Shown: positions 47,844 through 58,663, numbered from the stretch's first letter. The stretch is DNA of 64,000 bases from an uncultured Pseudomonadales bacterium (GCA_947503335.1 CANNCY010000001.1:1090958-1154957); one strand, 5' to 3'. Translations and numbers: made by a program. Notes: generated by a model from the letters alone, not told the origin.

Positions 47844-48980
47844 TTAATTCTTTGGTAAAGCGCCTTCGACACCTTGAACGTATTGGTTAAAGCCCAATAG
47901 TGCACCGTCTTCCATCGTTTCGCCTTCAGCAACGATTACTTCACCAGCTTGGTTCAACAGAGGGCCGTCAAATACACGCATTTCGCCAGCTTTAAGCGCC
48001 GCTTTCTTAGCGTCAACCAGCTCGCGAACTGCAGCAGGTACTACATCAGCAAATGGTGCTAGATCGGTTGTACCCTCAGCAATGCCAGGCCATAGATCTT
48101 CAGAGGTCCAAGTGTCATTCAAAACCGCTTCTACTTTAGCAGTATATAGTGGCTCCCAATTGTGAATCGTAGCAGTCAGATGCGCTTTTTCACCGTAAAC
48201 GGCCATATCTGAGTGATAACCGATCGCAAATTTACCCTTAGCTTCTGCTGCTTGAACAACTGCTGCTGAGTCGGTGTGCTGGGTAAGAATGTCTGCACCT
48301 TGAAGCATCAATGTTTCGGCTGCTTCGCGCTCTTTAGCTGGATCAAACCAGGTGCTCGCCCATACAACCTTAACCTTTACGTCTGGATTTACTTCTAGCG
48401 CACCCTTGGTGAAAGCATTGATACCGCGAATTACTTCAGGAATTGGAAACGATGCAACGTAACCGATCACGTTAGTTTCTGTCATGCTACCTGCAACTAG
48501 ACCCGTTAGGTAACGACCCTGGTATGCACGAGTAAAGAACGTACCCATGTTGTCAGCACGCTTATAACCAGATGCGTGTTCGAACTTAACTTCTGGGTTC
48601 ATGCCTGCAACCTTGAGGGTTGGGTTCATGTATCCAAACGACGTAGTAAAGATGAGGTCGTTACCAGTACGCGCTAGCTGGCCAATTACACGCTCAGAGT
48701 CAGCACCTTCTTTAACGCTTTCAACGTAAGTGGTTTCAATCTTGTCACCATACTTGGCTTCAAGTGCTTTACGTGCTTCGTCATGTGCGTACGTCCAACC
48801 AGCATCTCCGGTAGGGCCAACGTAAACGAAACCAATCTTTAACGGTGCCGCTGTTTCTGCTGCCGCTTCGGGTGCTGCAGCTGGTGCTTCAGCAGTTTCA
48901 GGAGCCTTACCACAAGCGGTTAGACCAAGTGCTGCAACAACGCTAAACGCTGCCATCTTTTTGTTGATTGAAAGTGTCAT
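47844..48980 (-). CDS. BMP-family ABC substrate-binding lipoprotein (purine/nucleoside)
   Basis: Lipobox LTAC; FVYVGPTGDAGWTYAH, TTSFGY, IPEVIRGINAF, TQHTDS. Confidence 0.9.
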   Translation of the reverse strand: MTLSINKKMAAFSVVAALGLTACGKAPETAEAPAAAPEAAAETAAPLKIGFVYVGPTGDAGWTYAHDEARKALEAKYGDKIETTYVESVKEGADSERVIGQLARTGNDLIFTTSFGYMNPTLKVAGMNPEVKFEHASGYKRADNMGTFFTRAYQGRYLTGLVAGSMTETNVIGYVASFPIPEVIRGINAFTKGALEVNPDVKVKVVWASTWFDPAKEREAAETLMLQGADILTQHTDSAAVVQAAEAKGKFAIGYHSDMAVYGEKAHLTATIHNWEPLYTAKVEAVLNDTWTSEDLWPGIAEGTTDLAPFADVVPAAVRELVDAKKAALKAGEMRVFDGPLLNQAGEVIVAEGETMEDGALLGFNQYVQGVEGALPKN

Positions 48981-49023
48981 AGTTCCCCCAATGGATAAAT
49001 GTAGATCATCAACAGTGTTAACA

Positions 49024-49950
49024 CTAAACCTGAGGCCGATACGGCTGACCCAAGGATAATGGTGTATTCAGTTTTGCCTTCGCGGCGTCGTTCGCCAGAA
49101 TCATCAATACTAAAATCGTGGCTACGTAAGGCAGCATCGCAAGCAAGTTGGGCGACACTTCAAATCCTAATCCTTGCAGTACCAAATGCATGATACTTGC
49201 AGCGCCAAACAGGTACGCGCCTAGCATGACACGAGATACCTTCCAGCTGGCGAATACAACTAATGCAAGCGCGATCCAACCTCGCCCAGCTGACATGCCC
49301 TCTGTCCATAAAGGTGTGTAAGCTAGCGACAGGTAACCACCCGCTAAGCCCGACATTGCGCCGCCGAACAACACTGCTGCGTATCGAACACGCGTTACTT
49401 TCATGCCCACAGCGTTGGCTGCCTCAGGGTTTTCGCCCACAGCTCTTACTACTAAGCCACCACGACTTTTCTTAAAGAATAAATAGACGCCAATGAACAA
49501 CACCCAGCTCAAATAGACCAAGGGATCTTGTGCAAACAGCGCCTTGCCCACCAGAGGAATATCACTCAACACTGGCACAATCCATGGGGTGATTCCTTCG
49601 ATACCCTGCCCCACGTAGCTAGCGCCAACAAAGGCACTGAGCCCAGTCCCGAAAATGGTAAGCGCCAGCCCCGTTGCCACCTGATTCGACACCAATGAAA
49701 TAGCTAGCACACCGAACAGCAAACTCATTAATAGGCCAGCTGCTATCGCAGCAAATACACCCAGCGTTAGGCTGCCGGTTACCGTTGCTACGATAAAACC
49801 CGAAACAGCGCCCATTAACACCATACCTTCTTGACCCAGGTTTAGTACGCCGGCTTTTTCGGCTACTAACTCGCCAAGCGCAATCAAGATAAGCGGTGTA
49901 CCTGTGCGCAGGGTTGCAAACAAGATGTTAGCAATTAGATCGATATCCAC
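49024..49950 (-). CDS. Nucleoside/purine ABC permease 2
   Basis: GELVAEKAGVLNLGQEG, RAVGENPEAA, GRGWIALALVVF. Confidence 0.9.
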   Translation of the reverse strand: MDIDLIANILFATLRTGTPLILIALGELVAEKAGVLNLGQEGMVLMGAVSGFIVATVTGSLTLGVFAAIAAGLLMSLLFGVLAISLVSNQVATGLALTIFGTGLSAFVGASYVGQGIEGITPWIVPVLSDIPLVGKALFAQDPLVYLSWVLFIGVYLFFKKSRGGLVVRAVGENPEAANAVGMKVTRVRYAAVLFGGAMSGLAGGYLSLAYTPLWTEGMSAGRGWIALALVVFASWKVSRVMLGAYLFGAASIMHLVLQGLGFEVSPNLLAMLPYVATILVLMILANDAAKAKLNTPLSLGQPYRPQV

Positions 49951-49953
49951 GAC

Positions 49954-51024
49954 TTATACCTCTACTCGCTTCATTTGCGACCAAGTAACCCGATAACTAA
50001 TAAATAAGTCGCAGGCTAATAAAAAGAACAGCAGCATGCCTTGGAACAAACCAGTCAACGATTTGGGCAGGCCCAATTGCATTTGCGCCATTTCGCCTCC
50101 CATATAGGTAAGTGCTAATAACGCGCTAGCGATCAAAATACCCACTGGGTTCATACGACCCAAGAACACAACAATGATGGCAGAGTAGCCATAGCCAGCT
50201 GCCACATAGGGATTTAGCTGCCCTACAGGCCCTGCCACTTCGGCAATGCCAGCCAATCCGGCCAAACCACCAGAAATTAACAGAACATACCAAACTAACT
50301 TGTTAGTGCTAAAACCAGCAAATGCTGCAGCGCGCTCGTCTTCGCCCAACACTTTTATCTGAAATCCGATCATTGAACGTGCCGACACGACCCACACCGA
50401 AACCATTGCTAACAAGGCGATCAGAAAGCCTACGTGCAAACGGTAACCGTCGATTAATGTCGAAAGCATTGTATTGGCAGGTAGCATTGCTGATTCAGGA
50501 AAGTTAAAACCAGAGGGGTCTTTTAACGGCCCATGCACCGCATAAAGCATTAGATTCAAAGCAATGTAATTAAGCATGATCGTCGTTAAGATTTCGTTCG
50601 CAGCGAACCTAGTCTTAAGTAGTGCCGCCAAAGCCGACCAAGCCATACCGGCCAGGATACCGAAAAGTAAAGTAACCCAAAGACTAGCAGCACCCAACGA
50701 AGGCAAATACAACGCTGCAATACCACCACCTAGCGCACCGATAACAAATTGACCTTCAGCGCCAATATTCCAAACCTTTGCTTGGTAGCAAAGCATGAGC
50801 CCCATTGCACACAATAACAACGGCGTTACTTTCAAACCTAGCTCGGTAACGCCATACAGGTCAGAGACAGGTAATACGAAAAAGGTGTATAGCGCGTTGA
50901 ATGGATCATGCCCCAGCGCAGCAAACAATACGGCCCCAGTAATTAACGTGAGCACTGTAGCAATTAGTGGCGAACCCAGCTGCATCCATCGCGAGTCAAC
51001 AGCTCGTTTTTCAATCTTAAGCAT
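49954..51024 (-). CDS. Nucleoside/purine ABC permease 1
   Basis: WNIGAEGQ, EILTTIMLNY, GYGYSAIIVVFLGR. Start set at ATG 51024 (MLKIEKR). Confidence 0.9.
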   Translation of the reverse strand: MLKIEKRAVDSRWMQLGSPLIATVLTLITGAVLFAALGHDPFNALYTFFVLPVSDLYGVTELGLKVTPLLLCAMGLMLCYQAKVWNIGAEGQFVIGALGGGIAALYLPSLGAASLWVTLLFGILAGMAWSALAALLKTRFAANEILTTIMLNYIALNLMLYAVHGPLKDPSGFNFPESAMLPANTMLSTLIDGYRLHVGFLIALLAMVSVWVVSARSMIGFQIKVLGEDERAAAFAGFSTNKLVWYVLLISGGLAGLAGIAEVAGPVGQLNPYVAAGYGYSAIIVVFLGRMNPVGILIASALLALTYMGGEMAQMQLGLPKSLTGLFQGMLLFFLLACDLFISYRVTWSQMKRVEV

Positions 51025-52552
51025 GTGCCGTCTCCACAACCTCATTTGACGGTGTCATTTCACCAGCCATCCATTTACCCAGCTGCGTCAAACTAACCTC
51101 GTCGGTATTGCGTATAGGCGATAGCTTACCGTCGCAGATAGCTCCAATTCGATCGCACAAAGCATATAACTCGTCGATGTCTTCACTAACTATCAATACT
51201 GCGCACCCCTGGTCTCGCAGTGCAATCAATGAATGCCTGATTTGAATCGCCGCGCCAATATCGACACCCCACGTAGGGTGCGAACAAACCAGCAGCTTTG
51301 GCGCCTGTAGAATCTCGCGCCCTATAATAAACTTCTGTAAGTTACCGCCAGAAAGACTCTTTGCCTGCGACAATATAGAAGCGGTTTTTACATTGAACGA
51401 ATCGACAACCTTTTTCGCAAAAACCTTAACAGCCTTATTGTCTACTAAACCGTTAGTAACGAGCCCCTTAGCTGAAGCGGTTAACAACGCATTATCGGCC
51501 AGAGACATATCAGGCACCGCCCCACGCCCTAAACGCTCTTCTGGCACGAAACCCAAACCAAGAGATCTACGCTCGCCAGGCCCGCTTTTAGCGACCGGAT
51601 GCCCATCAAAACAAACCATACTCGCATCATCTGCAAGTGTCTCACCGCTGATTAGCGATAACAGCTCTTCTTGCCCATTACCCGCCACACCAGCGATACC
51701 AACTATTTCGCCGGCCTTCACCTGACAATTGAGATTCGAAAGAGACACACCAAATGGGTCATATGTAGTACATGACAGATTTGCAAGAGACAGAAAGACC
51801 TCTTGACCTGTCGCTCGTGGATAATGCTGATCTAACGGTGTATCGGCGCCGACCATTGCTACAGCCATCTCATCTACTGTGGTGACCCTGGGGTCAAACG
51901 CGCCGGTAACAACTCCGCCACGCAACACTGTTGCAGCCGTACAAATAGACTTCACCTCATCTAACTTATGAGAGATGAACAGAATACTGCACCCTTCGCT
52001 GGCTAAGGTTTGCAGCGTGTTGAACAACACTTTTACTTCTTGCGGCGTCAAAACCGACGTAGGCTCATCTAATATCAATAACTTCACGTCTTGAAGTAGA
52101 CAGCGAACAATTTCGACGCGCTGCTGCTCGCCGATTGAAAGACTATGCACGTAACGATCGGGATCTAAAAGCATGCCGTACTTAGCTGATACGTCGAGAA
52201 TCTTTTGCTTTAGAGCATCTTTATCTTTACTAAAACTCTTCGGCAGGCTCAGAGCAATATTCTCGAGTACAGTTAGGGTTTCGAACAACGAAAAGTGCTG
52301 AAACACCATTCCAATACCCAGTGCACGTGCGTGATTTGGCCCTTTTACAGTTACCGGTTGGCCTCGCCAAATCATAGTGCCCGCATCTGGCGCCACAACG
52401 CCATAAATGATTTTCATCAACGTTGATTTGCCTGCACCATTTTCGCCTAGCAAGGCGTGAATTTCACCCTCTCTAACGCTCAGTGACACTGCGTTATTTG
52501 CCACACAGCCTGGGTAGGCTTTTGTGATGCTATCGAGTTGAATTTGGTACAA
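51017..52552 (-). CDS. Nucleoside/purine ABC ATP-binding protein (two fused NBDs)
   Basis: GENGAGKST, LILDEPT, second domain LSGGNLQK, HPTWGVD, SEDIDEL. Confidence 0.92.
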   Translation of the reverse strand: MYQIQLDSITKAYPGCVANNAVSLSVREGEIHALLGENGAGKSTLMKIIYGVVAPDAGTMIWRGQPVTVKGPNHARALGIGMVFQHFSLFETLTVLENIALSLPKSFSKDKDALKQKILDVSAKYGMLLDPDRYVHSLSIGEQQRVEIVRCLLQDVKLLILDEPTSVLTPQEVKVLFNTLQTLASEGCSILFISHKLDEVKSICTAATVLRGGVVTGAFDPRVTTVDEMAVAMVGADTPLDQHYPRATGQEVFLSLANLSCTTYDPFGVSLSNLNCQVKAGEIVGIAGVAGNGQEELLSLISGETLADDASMVCFDGHPVAKSGPGERRSLGLGFVPEERLGRGAVPDMSLADNALLTASAKGLVTNGLVDNKAVKVFAKKVVDSFNVKTASILSQAKSLSGGNLQKFIIGREILQAPKLLVCSHPTWGVDIGAAIQIRHSLIALRDQGCAVLIVSEDIDELYALCDRIGAICDGKLSPIRNTDEVSLTQLGKWMAGEMTPSNEVVETAHA

Positions 52553-52691
52553 GTGTGGTTCCTAAATGCTTCGGCGTAATAACGACGGCGCCAAATATAA
52601 CCGCTTGGTTAGTCAAAGTACACGACCAAAAAACCCGCAACCCCTTGATTTTTAGAGCCTTAGAGACCATTTGATTCCAAAACAAACTAAC

Positions 52692-52707
52692 CTGACTATA
52701 TGGTTAA
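52692..52707. promoter_or_regulatory. Candidate RutR box 1
   Basis: CTGACTA-TA-TGGTTAA versus RutR consensus TTGACCA-nn-TGGTCAA (3 mismatches). Confidence 0.55.
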
Positions 52708-52787
52708 ATTTTTGTCATTCATGTAAAACTTCACTCGCTCAAATATTGGGCACTCAAGCGACATTTGCTACCAAACGAGCCTTTTTG

Positions 52788-52803
52788 TTGACCATGTAGA
52801 CAG
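52788..52803. promoter_or_regulatory. Candidate RutR box 2
   Basis: TTGACCA-TG-TAGACAG: perfect left half, 3 mismatches in right half. Confidence 0.5.
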
Positions 52804-52883
52804 ATATTTGAATATTATTCTGTAAAAATGAACATATTTAGTTACTGTGTCAATTTGTAAGGGGATTAGAGTAAACTTAAACG

Positions 52884-54221
52884 ATGAGCGAATTTTGTAT
52901 AAAAACAACACCGTCTAATAAAACTCTTTACCGAGCAGATATTCTGTATTTCAAAGAAGATGGCGACACATTTAGTGATTTTAAACCAATACACATTAAA
53001 GATGGCGCCATTGTCATAGAGAACGGCTCTATCTGTTACTGTGGCGAATTTACTGACGCTGCAAAAACAATTGATGACAGGGCAACAATTGTTGACTACT
53101 CGGGCAAGCTAATCATGCCAGGCCTAATCGACGCTCATACCCACAGCGCACAACTAGACGTCATAGCCTCTTATGGTGAGCAGCTGCTTGACTGGCTACA
53201 TAACTACACATTTTTGGCAGAGCAACGCTTTGACGATCTAAGCTACGCAAATCAAGCATCAGCTTTTTTCTTAGACAACTGTCTTAAAGCGGGCACAACA
53301 TCTGCAGCAATATTCTGTACCGTTCACAAAGAAGCTACCGACGCACTCTTTGAACAGGCATCAAAACGTAACATGCGAATCATTGCCGGCAAAGTAATGA
53401 TGGACCGTAATGCACCTGAAAATCTTACAGATACTGCACAACATAGCTATGACGATAGCAAAGACCTAATCAACAAGTGGCACAATAAGGGGCGAGCACA
53501 ATACGCAATCACACCGCGATTTGCGATTACGTCGACCGAGCAACAACTTATGGCAGCGCAAGCGCTGGCAAAGGAGTACCCTGACGTTGCCGTACAAACG
53601 CACATCAGCGAAAATCACTCTGAGATCGATCATACGTTGTCACTTTTTAAATGGGCAACCGATTATTTATCTGTGTACGAACGATTCGAGCTGATACGAC
53701 ACAATAGCCTGCTAGGACACGGTATCCATCTAAGCCACCACGAGCTAAACCGTATTGCTGAACACCAAGCTAGAATTGTCTTTTGCCCTAGCTCTAATCT
53801 GTTTCTGGGCAGTGGCCTGTTAGACCTAGCGCATCTTGAACACCACAACATCACCACTGGCATGGCGACTGATGTTGGCGCAGGAACAAGGCTTTGTATG
53901 CTAAACACACTGTCATCTGCGTACCAAGTAGGCCAGCTTAACCACAATCCCTTAGGTGCAATGAAAGCTTTTTACATGGCTACTCGTGGCAATGCCATAG
54001 CACTTAACATCGCTGACAAAGTAGGTTTGCTAGAACCTGGTTACGAAGCAGATTTTATTGTGTTAGACAGCAATAACAACGACCTTTTAATGCATAAACA
54101 GTCGATCGCAAGCGACCTACACGAACAGCTGTTCAATCTTATGATACTTGGCGACGAGAGAGCGATCGCTCGCACCTACGTAAATGGCGAGTGCCTATAT
54201 AACCGAGATGCATCTACATGA
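52884..54221 (+). CDS. guaD: Guanine deaminase
   Basis: PGLIDAHTH, SYGEQLLDWLHNYTF, YAITPRFAITS, QTHISEN, FCPSSNLFLGSG, ATDVGAG. Confidence 0.93.
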   Translation: MSEFCIKTTPSNKTLYRADILYFKEDGDTFSDFKPIHIKDGAIVIENGSICYCGEFTDAAKTIDDRATIVDYSGKLIMPGLIDAHTHSAQLDVIASYGEQLLDWLHNYTFLAEQRFDDLSYANQASAFFLDNCLKAGTTSAAIFCTVHKEATDALFEQASKRNMRIIAGKVMMDRNAPENLTDTAQHSYDDSKDLINKWHNKGRAQYAITPRFAITSTEQQLMAAQALAKEYPDVAVQTHISENHSEIDHTLSLFKWATDYLSVYERFELIRHNSLLGHGIHLSHHELNRIAEHQARIVFCPSSNLFLGSGLLDLAHLEHHNITTGMATDVGAGTRLCMLNTLSSAYQVGQLNHNPLGAMKAFYMATRGNAIALNIADKVGLLEPGYEADFIVLDSNNNDLLMHKQSIASDLHEQLFNLMILGDERAIARTYVNGECLYNRDAST

Positions 54222-54988
54222 ACCCACGCATAGCTATCACTAGTTTAGCCTTAATTGTCGCGCTATTACTGGCTTTAACAATTGGGGCAATCGTATACCG
54301 ACTACCAACCGCCACAGTTAACAATGAGGCTCACCACGTAGATACCCGTCAGATTGAAAGCACTGAAACACCAGCGTTTAAACAGATTAAAACCGTGGGC
54401 GAGCGTAAACAGCAATTCTTTAACTATTTTGCCCCCATTGCACACCAACTTAATCAGCAGGTTTGGCAACAGCGTCTGGCGCTGCCATCGATGACTACTG
54501 CTCAGCTTGCTGATCTATGCGCACATTATAAAGCTAGCTGTAACGGCACACAGACTCACGACCTAGATGCGTTAAGGTTACATATTGATATCGTGCCCGT
54601 TAGCCTCTTATTAGCGCAAGCCGCGAACGAATCAGCCTGGGGCACTAGTCGTTTCGCAACAGACGGCAACAATTATTTTGGCGAATGGTGTTACAAGCCT
54701 AACTGTGGATTGGTACCTCGCCACCGTGCTGCAGGGGCAACCAACCAAGTACGTATATTTGCTTCACCTAGTGACAGTGTCGCTAGCTACATCCATAATA
54801 TCAATACAAGTGCTGCTTATAGCGAGCTGAGGCAAATTCGCGCAAACCTTCGCGCCAAACAAGCCACACTATTAGGTAGCAAACTAGCTGCGGGTCTAAC
54901 ACGCTATTCAGAACGCGGCGACGAATACATTGATGAAATCAAATCGATGATCTCGTATAACGAACTGGCACGTTTTGATACAGAATGA
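54218..54988 (+). CDS. Bax-like glucosaminidase (GH73-like) protein
   Basis: LAQAANESAWGTSRFA, NNYFG, HNINTSAAY, YSERG; N-terminal TM. Confidence 0.85.
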   Translation: MNPRIAITSLALIVALLLALTIGAIVYRLPTATVNNEAHHVDTRQIESTETPAFKQIKTVGERKQQFFNYFAPIAHQLNQQVWQQRLALPSMTTAQLADLCAHYKASCNGTQTHDLDALRLHIDIVPVSLLLAQAANESAWGTSRFATDGNNYFGEWCYKPNCGLVPRHRAAGATNQVRIFASPSDSVASYIHNINTSAAYSELRQIRANLRAKQATLLGSKLAAGLTRYSERGDEYIDEIKSMISYNELARFDTE

Positions 54989-55608
54989 ATATCAGCCTAA
55001 TTGTGGTAGAAAGCATTGCTGTTATTGGCACAGTCGCCTTTGCGATTAGTGGCGCATTAATGGGCGCCAAGCATCGCCTTGATGTTGTCGGCATGATGTT
55101 TTTGGCCTGCATCACAGGCGTGGGCGGCGGCACCTTACGCGATATTATTCTTGATGTACCCGTATTTTGGCTGATTGACTGGCATTACATTGGCATCTGC
55201 GTCACCTTTGCCGTAATCGTTTATTACCGTGCCAACCGCTTGGGCAAATACACACGACTGTTATTGTGGGCTGATGCAGTTGGAATGGCGCTATTCGCTG
55301 TACTAGGTGCTGCTAAAGCCTTAGATGTAGGCGCCAACCCGTTGGTGGCGTCTATCCTTGGTATGTTTGGCGCCTGCCTCGGTGGCGTAATTAGGGATAC
55401 GTTGGTTAACGAGATTCCGATTATGATGCGTAAAGAAATTTACGTTACGGCCGCGCTAACGGGCGGGCTAATCACCGCTCTAACAATCAGCTGGGCAAAC
55501 ATGCCTGTTTACCTCGCCTTGATTATTGGCGGCACGGTCGCACTCATCATTAGAGGCGCGGCACTGATTAAAAACATCAGCTTACCCCCACACCCCGGCA
55601 TCGATTAA
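54985..55608 (+). CDS. UPF0126 / TRIC-channel family membrane protein (YadS-like)
   Basis: AFAISG, GVGGGTLRD; second repeat DAVG...GGVIRD...EIP. Confidence 0.9.
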   Translation: MNISLIVVESIAVIGTVAFAISGALMGAKHRLDVVGMMFLACITGVGGGTLRDIILDVPVFWLIDWHYIGICVTFAVIVYYRANRLGKYTRLLLWADAVGMALFAVLGAAKALDVGANPLVASILGMFGACLGGVIRDTLVNEIPIMMRKEIYVTAALTGGLITALTISWANMPVYLALIIGGTVALIIRGAALIKNISLPPHPGID

Positions 55609-56321
55609 TGCTACAGGTATTGGCCGAAACAGATCGCTTGATCGCGGTAAACAAACCCGCTGGTATGTTGGTGCACCGAACAGACTTATCTAACGACGAC
55701 GCGCCCGACTTATTGAGAGCATTGCGTGATCAAATCAACCACCACCTTTACCCTATTCACCGTTTAGATCGGCCTACGTCAGGCATCACGCTATTTGCAA
55801 AAGATTCAGAGTATGCTGCAACAATGCAGTCGGCGATGGAACAGGCAACAAAACAATATCTACTAGTTTGCCGCGGGCACATTCTCAGTGCAGGCACCGT
55901 TGATCACCCGCTAAAAAAAATCTACGATAGCCCAAGCGATAAACGCAAGCGCAAACGTGGCGTTGAGCAACCGGTGCAATATCAAGATGCCATTACCCAT
56001 TACTCGCCACTAGCTACAACCACACTAGCAGCGCCTATAGATAAATATCCCACTAGTCGATTTTCTTTAGTACAGGCAACCATTGAGACGGGGCGACGGC
56101 ACCAGATTAGGCGACATTTTAAACATCTGTCGCACCCGATCATCGGCTGCCCAAAGTATGGCAAGTCTAACTACAATCGCTATTTTATAAATGAATTAGC
56201 GATATCAAGACTTTTGCTGCATGCAGAAAATCTATCAATCAGTTTGCCTGACCACGACGTCTTAACAATTACAGCACCTGTAGATGAGCAGTTTCAACGG
56301 GCGATGAATCTGTTTCAATAA
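55608..56321 (+). CDS. truC: tRNA pseudouridine synthase C-like (RluA family)
   Basis: VNKPAGMLVH, HRLDRPTSG, TGRRHQIRRH, HPIIG, LLLHA. Confidence 0.8.
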   Translation: MLQVLAETDRLIAVNKPAGMLVHRTDLSNDDAPDLLRALRDQINHHLYPIHRLDRPTSGITLFAKDSEYAATMQSAMEQATKQYLLVCRGHILSAGTVDHPLKKIYDSPSDKRKRKRGVEQPVQYQDAITHYSPLATTTLAAPIDKYPTSRFSLVQATIETGRRHQIRRHFKHLSHPIIGCPKYGKSNYNRYFINELAISRLLLHAENLSISLPDHDVLTITAPVDEQFQRAMNLFQ

Positions 56322-56330
56322 GCAATATTA

Positions 56331-58127
56331 TCAGCCTAAAGTTTGATTTATGACACGCATAAAGGTAGCGCCGTATTTCTCGAGCTTGCGGTCGCCTACC
56401 CCGCTAATGGCTGACATCTCGGCATACGATCTGGGTGCAACACGGGCCATCTCTTGCAGCGTCTTATCGTTGAATATGACGTAAGGCGGTACATTCTGAT
56501 CGTCTGCCAATTCTCGTCGGCAGGTACGTAAAGCCTCCCATAAGCCAACATCGATATCATCGGGTAAGGGTGTACGTGTGCGCCTAGATGTGGTGTTCTT
56601 AGTTTTCACATCGCGGCGCATATCAATGCTTTGCTCACCCTTTAGAATTGGCCGGCAGCGCTCGTTAAGCACCAACGCGCCAAACCTGGCGAGATCAACA
56701 TCTAAGTAACCGCGCGCAACAAGCTGCCTGAATACTGATCGCCACTGGTCAACATCTAGGTCTTTACCAACGCCAAATGTTGATAGTTCTTGATGACCAA
56801 ACTGTCGAATCTTTTGCGTATCGCTACCTCGCAAAATATCGATCACGTGCGATACACCAAAACGCTGACCGCTTCGATAGGTAGCACTTAGCGCTTTTTG
56901 GGCCGCTGTTGTGGCATCCCAAGTAGGAGGTGGCGATATACAGGTATCGCAATTACCGCAGGGCTTGGGTAAATACTCGCCAAAATAATTTAACAGTGCC
57001 TGACGGCGACAACTGGTAATCTCGCATAAGCCCAACATAGCATTTAGGCGCTGCTGCTCGGCACGTTTGTGCTCTTCATTGCCCTCGCTATCTAACATCA
57101 TCTGACGCAGCTTTATCACGTCTTGCAGGCCATAAACCATGAACGTATTGGCTGGTTCGCCATCGCGCCCTGCGCGACCCGTTTCTTGATAATAAGCCTC
57201 AATAGTTTTGGGCATATCTAAATGGGCAACAAAACGCACATCAGGTTTATCAATACCCATACCAAAAGCGATTGTCGCTACAATGATCACACTATCTTCT
57301 CGAAGAAAGCGCGCTTGGTGATTGGCACGAGTCGTAACGTCTAGCCCTGCATGATAAGGCAGTGCATTAAACCCTTCGCCCTGCAGCCATATTGCGGTGT
57401 CTTCTACTTTCGCGCGACTCATGCAGTAGACGACACCTGCGTCATTTGCATGATTCGTTTTAATAAACTTAAGCAACTGAGTCTTAGCATTGCGTTTTAG
57501 TTCGATCTGATAACGAATATTTGGGCGATCAAAGCCGGTTACGTAATGACGCCCGCTTTGCAACCCTAGTCTCTCGATTATTTCAGTTCGTGTTCTCTTA
57601 TCAGCGGTCGCAGTTAAAGCAATGCGAGGAACATCTGCAAACTGTTCGGCCAACACCGATAAGCCAAGATAATCAGCCCTAAAATCATGCCCCCACTGTG
57701 AAACACAATGCGCTTCGTCGATAGCAAACAACGATAGCTGTACACGTTTTAATAGTTTAAGTGTGTCAGGTAACACTAATCGCTCGGGTGCCATGTAAAC
57801 GATATCAAGCTCGCCCTTTAGCATTTCTTGCTCGATCGCATAAACCTGCCTTGAGTCGAGCGTCGAGTTGATGAAAGCCGCTCGAATACCCAATTGCGAT
57901 AAAGCGTTTACCTGATCTTGCATTAACGCAATAAGCGGCGACACCACAATGGCACAACCTGCCCTAGCAAGCGCGGGAACTTGGTAACAAAGGCTTTTAC
58001 CGCCGCCTGTCGGCATAATGACCATCAGGTTTTCGCCAGACACAAGATCACTAATGATCTGCTCTTGTGCAGGCCTAAACTGATCGTAACCAAAGCGAGA
58101 TTTTAAGATGTGGTGAATATCAGACAT
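56331..58127 (-). CDS. recQ: ATP-dependent DNA helicase RecQ
   Basis: PTGGGKSLCYQ, DEAHCVSQWGHDFR, ATIAFGMGIDK, QETGRAGRDG, Zn site CRR...CGNCDTC, HRDC. Confidence 0.97.
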   Translation of the reverse strand: MSDIHHILKSRFGYDQFRPAQEQIISDLVSGENLMVIMPTGGGKSLCYQVPALARAGCAIVVSPLIALMQDQVNALSQLGIRAAFINSTLDSRQVYAIEQEMLKGELDIVYMAPERLVLPDTLKLLKRVQLSLFAIDEAHCVSQWGHDFRADYLGLSVLAEQFADVPRIALTATADKRTRTEIIERLGLQSGRHYVTGFDRPNIRYQIELKRNAKTQLLKFIKTNHANDAGVVYCMSRAKVEDTAIWLQGEGFNALPYHAGLDVTTRANHQARFLREDSVIIVATIAFGMGIDKPDVRFVAHLDMPKTIEAYYQETGRAGRDGEPANTFMVYGLQDVIKLRQMMLDSEGNEEHKRAEQQRLNAMLGLCEITSCRRQALLNYFGEYLPKPCGNCDTCISPPPTWDATTAAQKALSATYRSGQRFGVSHVIDILRGSDTQKIRQFGHQELSTFGVGKDLDVDQWRSVFRQLVARGYLDVDLARFGALVLNERCRPILKGEQSIDMRRDVKTKNTTSRRTRTPLPDDIDVGLWEALRTCRRELADDQNVPPYVIFNDKTLQEMARVAPRSYAEMSAISGVGDRKLEKYGATFMRVINQTLG

Positions 58128-58159
58128 AAGCGCATTATATAACGGGCGGCGTCTGTGGC

Positions 58160-58663
58160 CTACTTTGACGTAGTGTGAACAAAGCCCGTCAGTGCAGGCA
58201 GCCTAACCAACAGCGAGCCTTTAGCTAATATTAGCTCACGCTGATAGATCGCATCTACGCGCCAGTCGCCTAGGTCATCACCAAGCTGATACTGTTGTCC
58301 ATTGATAATGACATAATTCTTGCTGGCGTCTTCAAATACTACGTGAGCTTGATAGCTAATGTTCGGCAAACCTGCCGACTGCTCTTTAGTTAATTGAGTG
58401 ACTGGCAGTATTGGTATTGTCGGCTCGATGGGTAAATCAGTGCTTAATTGAACATCTAAGTCAGCAGTGCCTTGGTTATCTACCCAATACACAGCCCCAG
58501 TCACAACGGCTGCCATTAGCAATGCAATAGCCAATCCTAGCACCAGGCTACCTGACAAAGCTTTAGGAGGTTCAGCTGCTGACAGGTGATTATCACCCCC
58601 TATGCTGTCGTCAGATTCACGCTGCTGTTTTGAACGCTCAAGCGCTTTCATCAATGCGCTCAT
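58160..58663 (-). CDS. gspB: Type II secretion accessory protein GspB/ExeB
   Basis: MSALMKALERSKQQR N-terminus, single TM, C-terminal ISYQAHV...YVIINGQ. Confidence 0.75.
   Translation of the reverse strand: MSALMKALERSKQQRESDDSIGGDNHLSAAEPPKALSGSLVLGLAIALLMAAVVTGAVYWVDNQGTADLDVQLSTDLPIEPTIPILPVTQLTKEQSAGLPNISYQAHVVFEDASKNYVIINGQQYQLGDDLGDWRVDAIYQRELILAKGSLLVRLPALTGFVHTTSK

Noticed and set aside
52596-52611. Third RutR-like site ATAACCG-CT-TGGTTAG
   Set aside because: Five mismatches to consensus; too weak to call.
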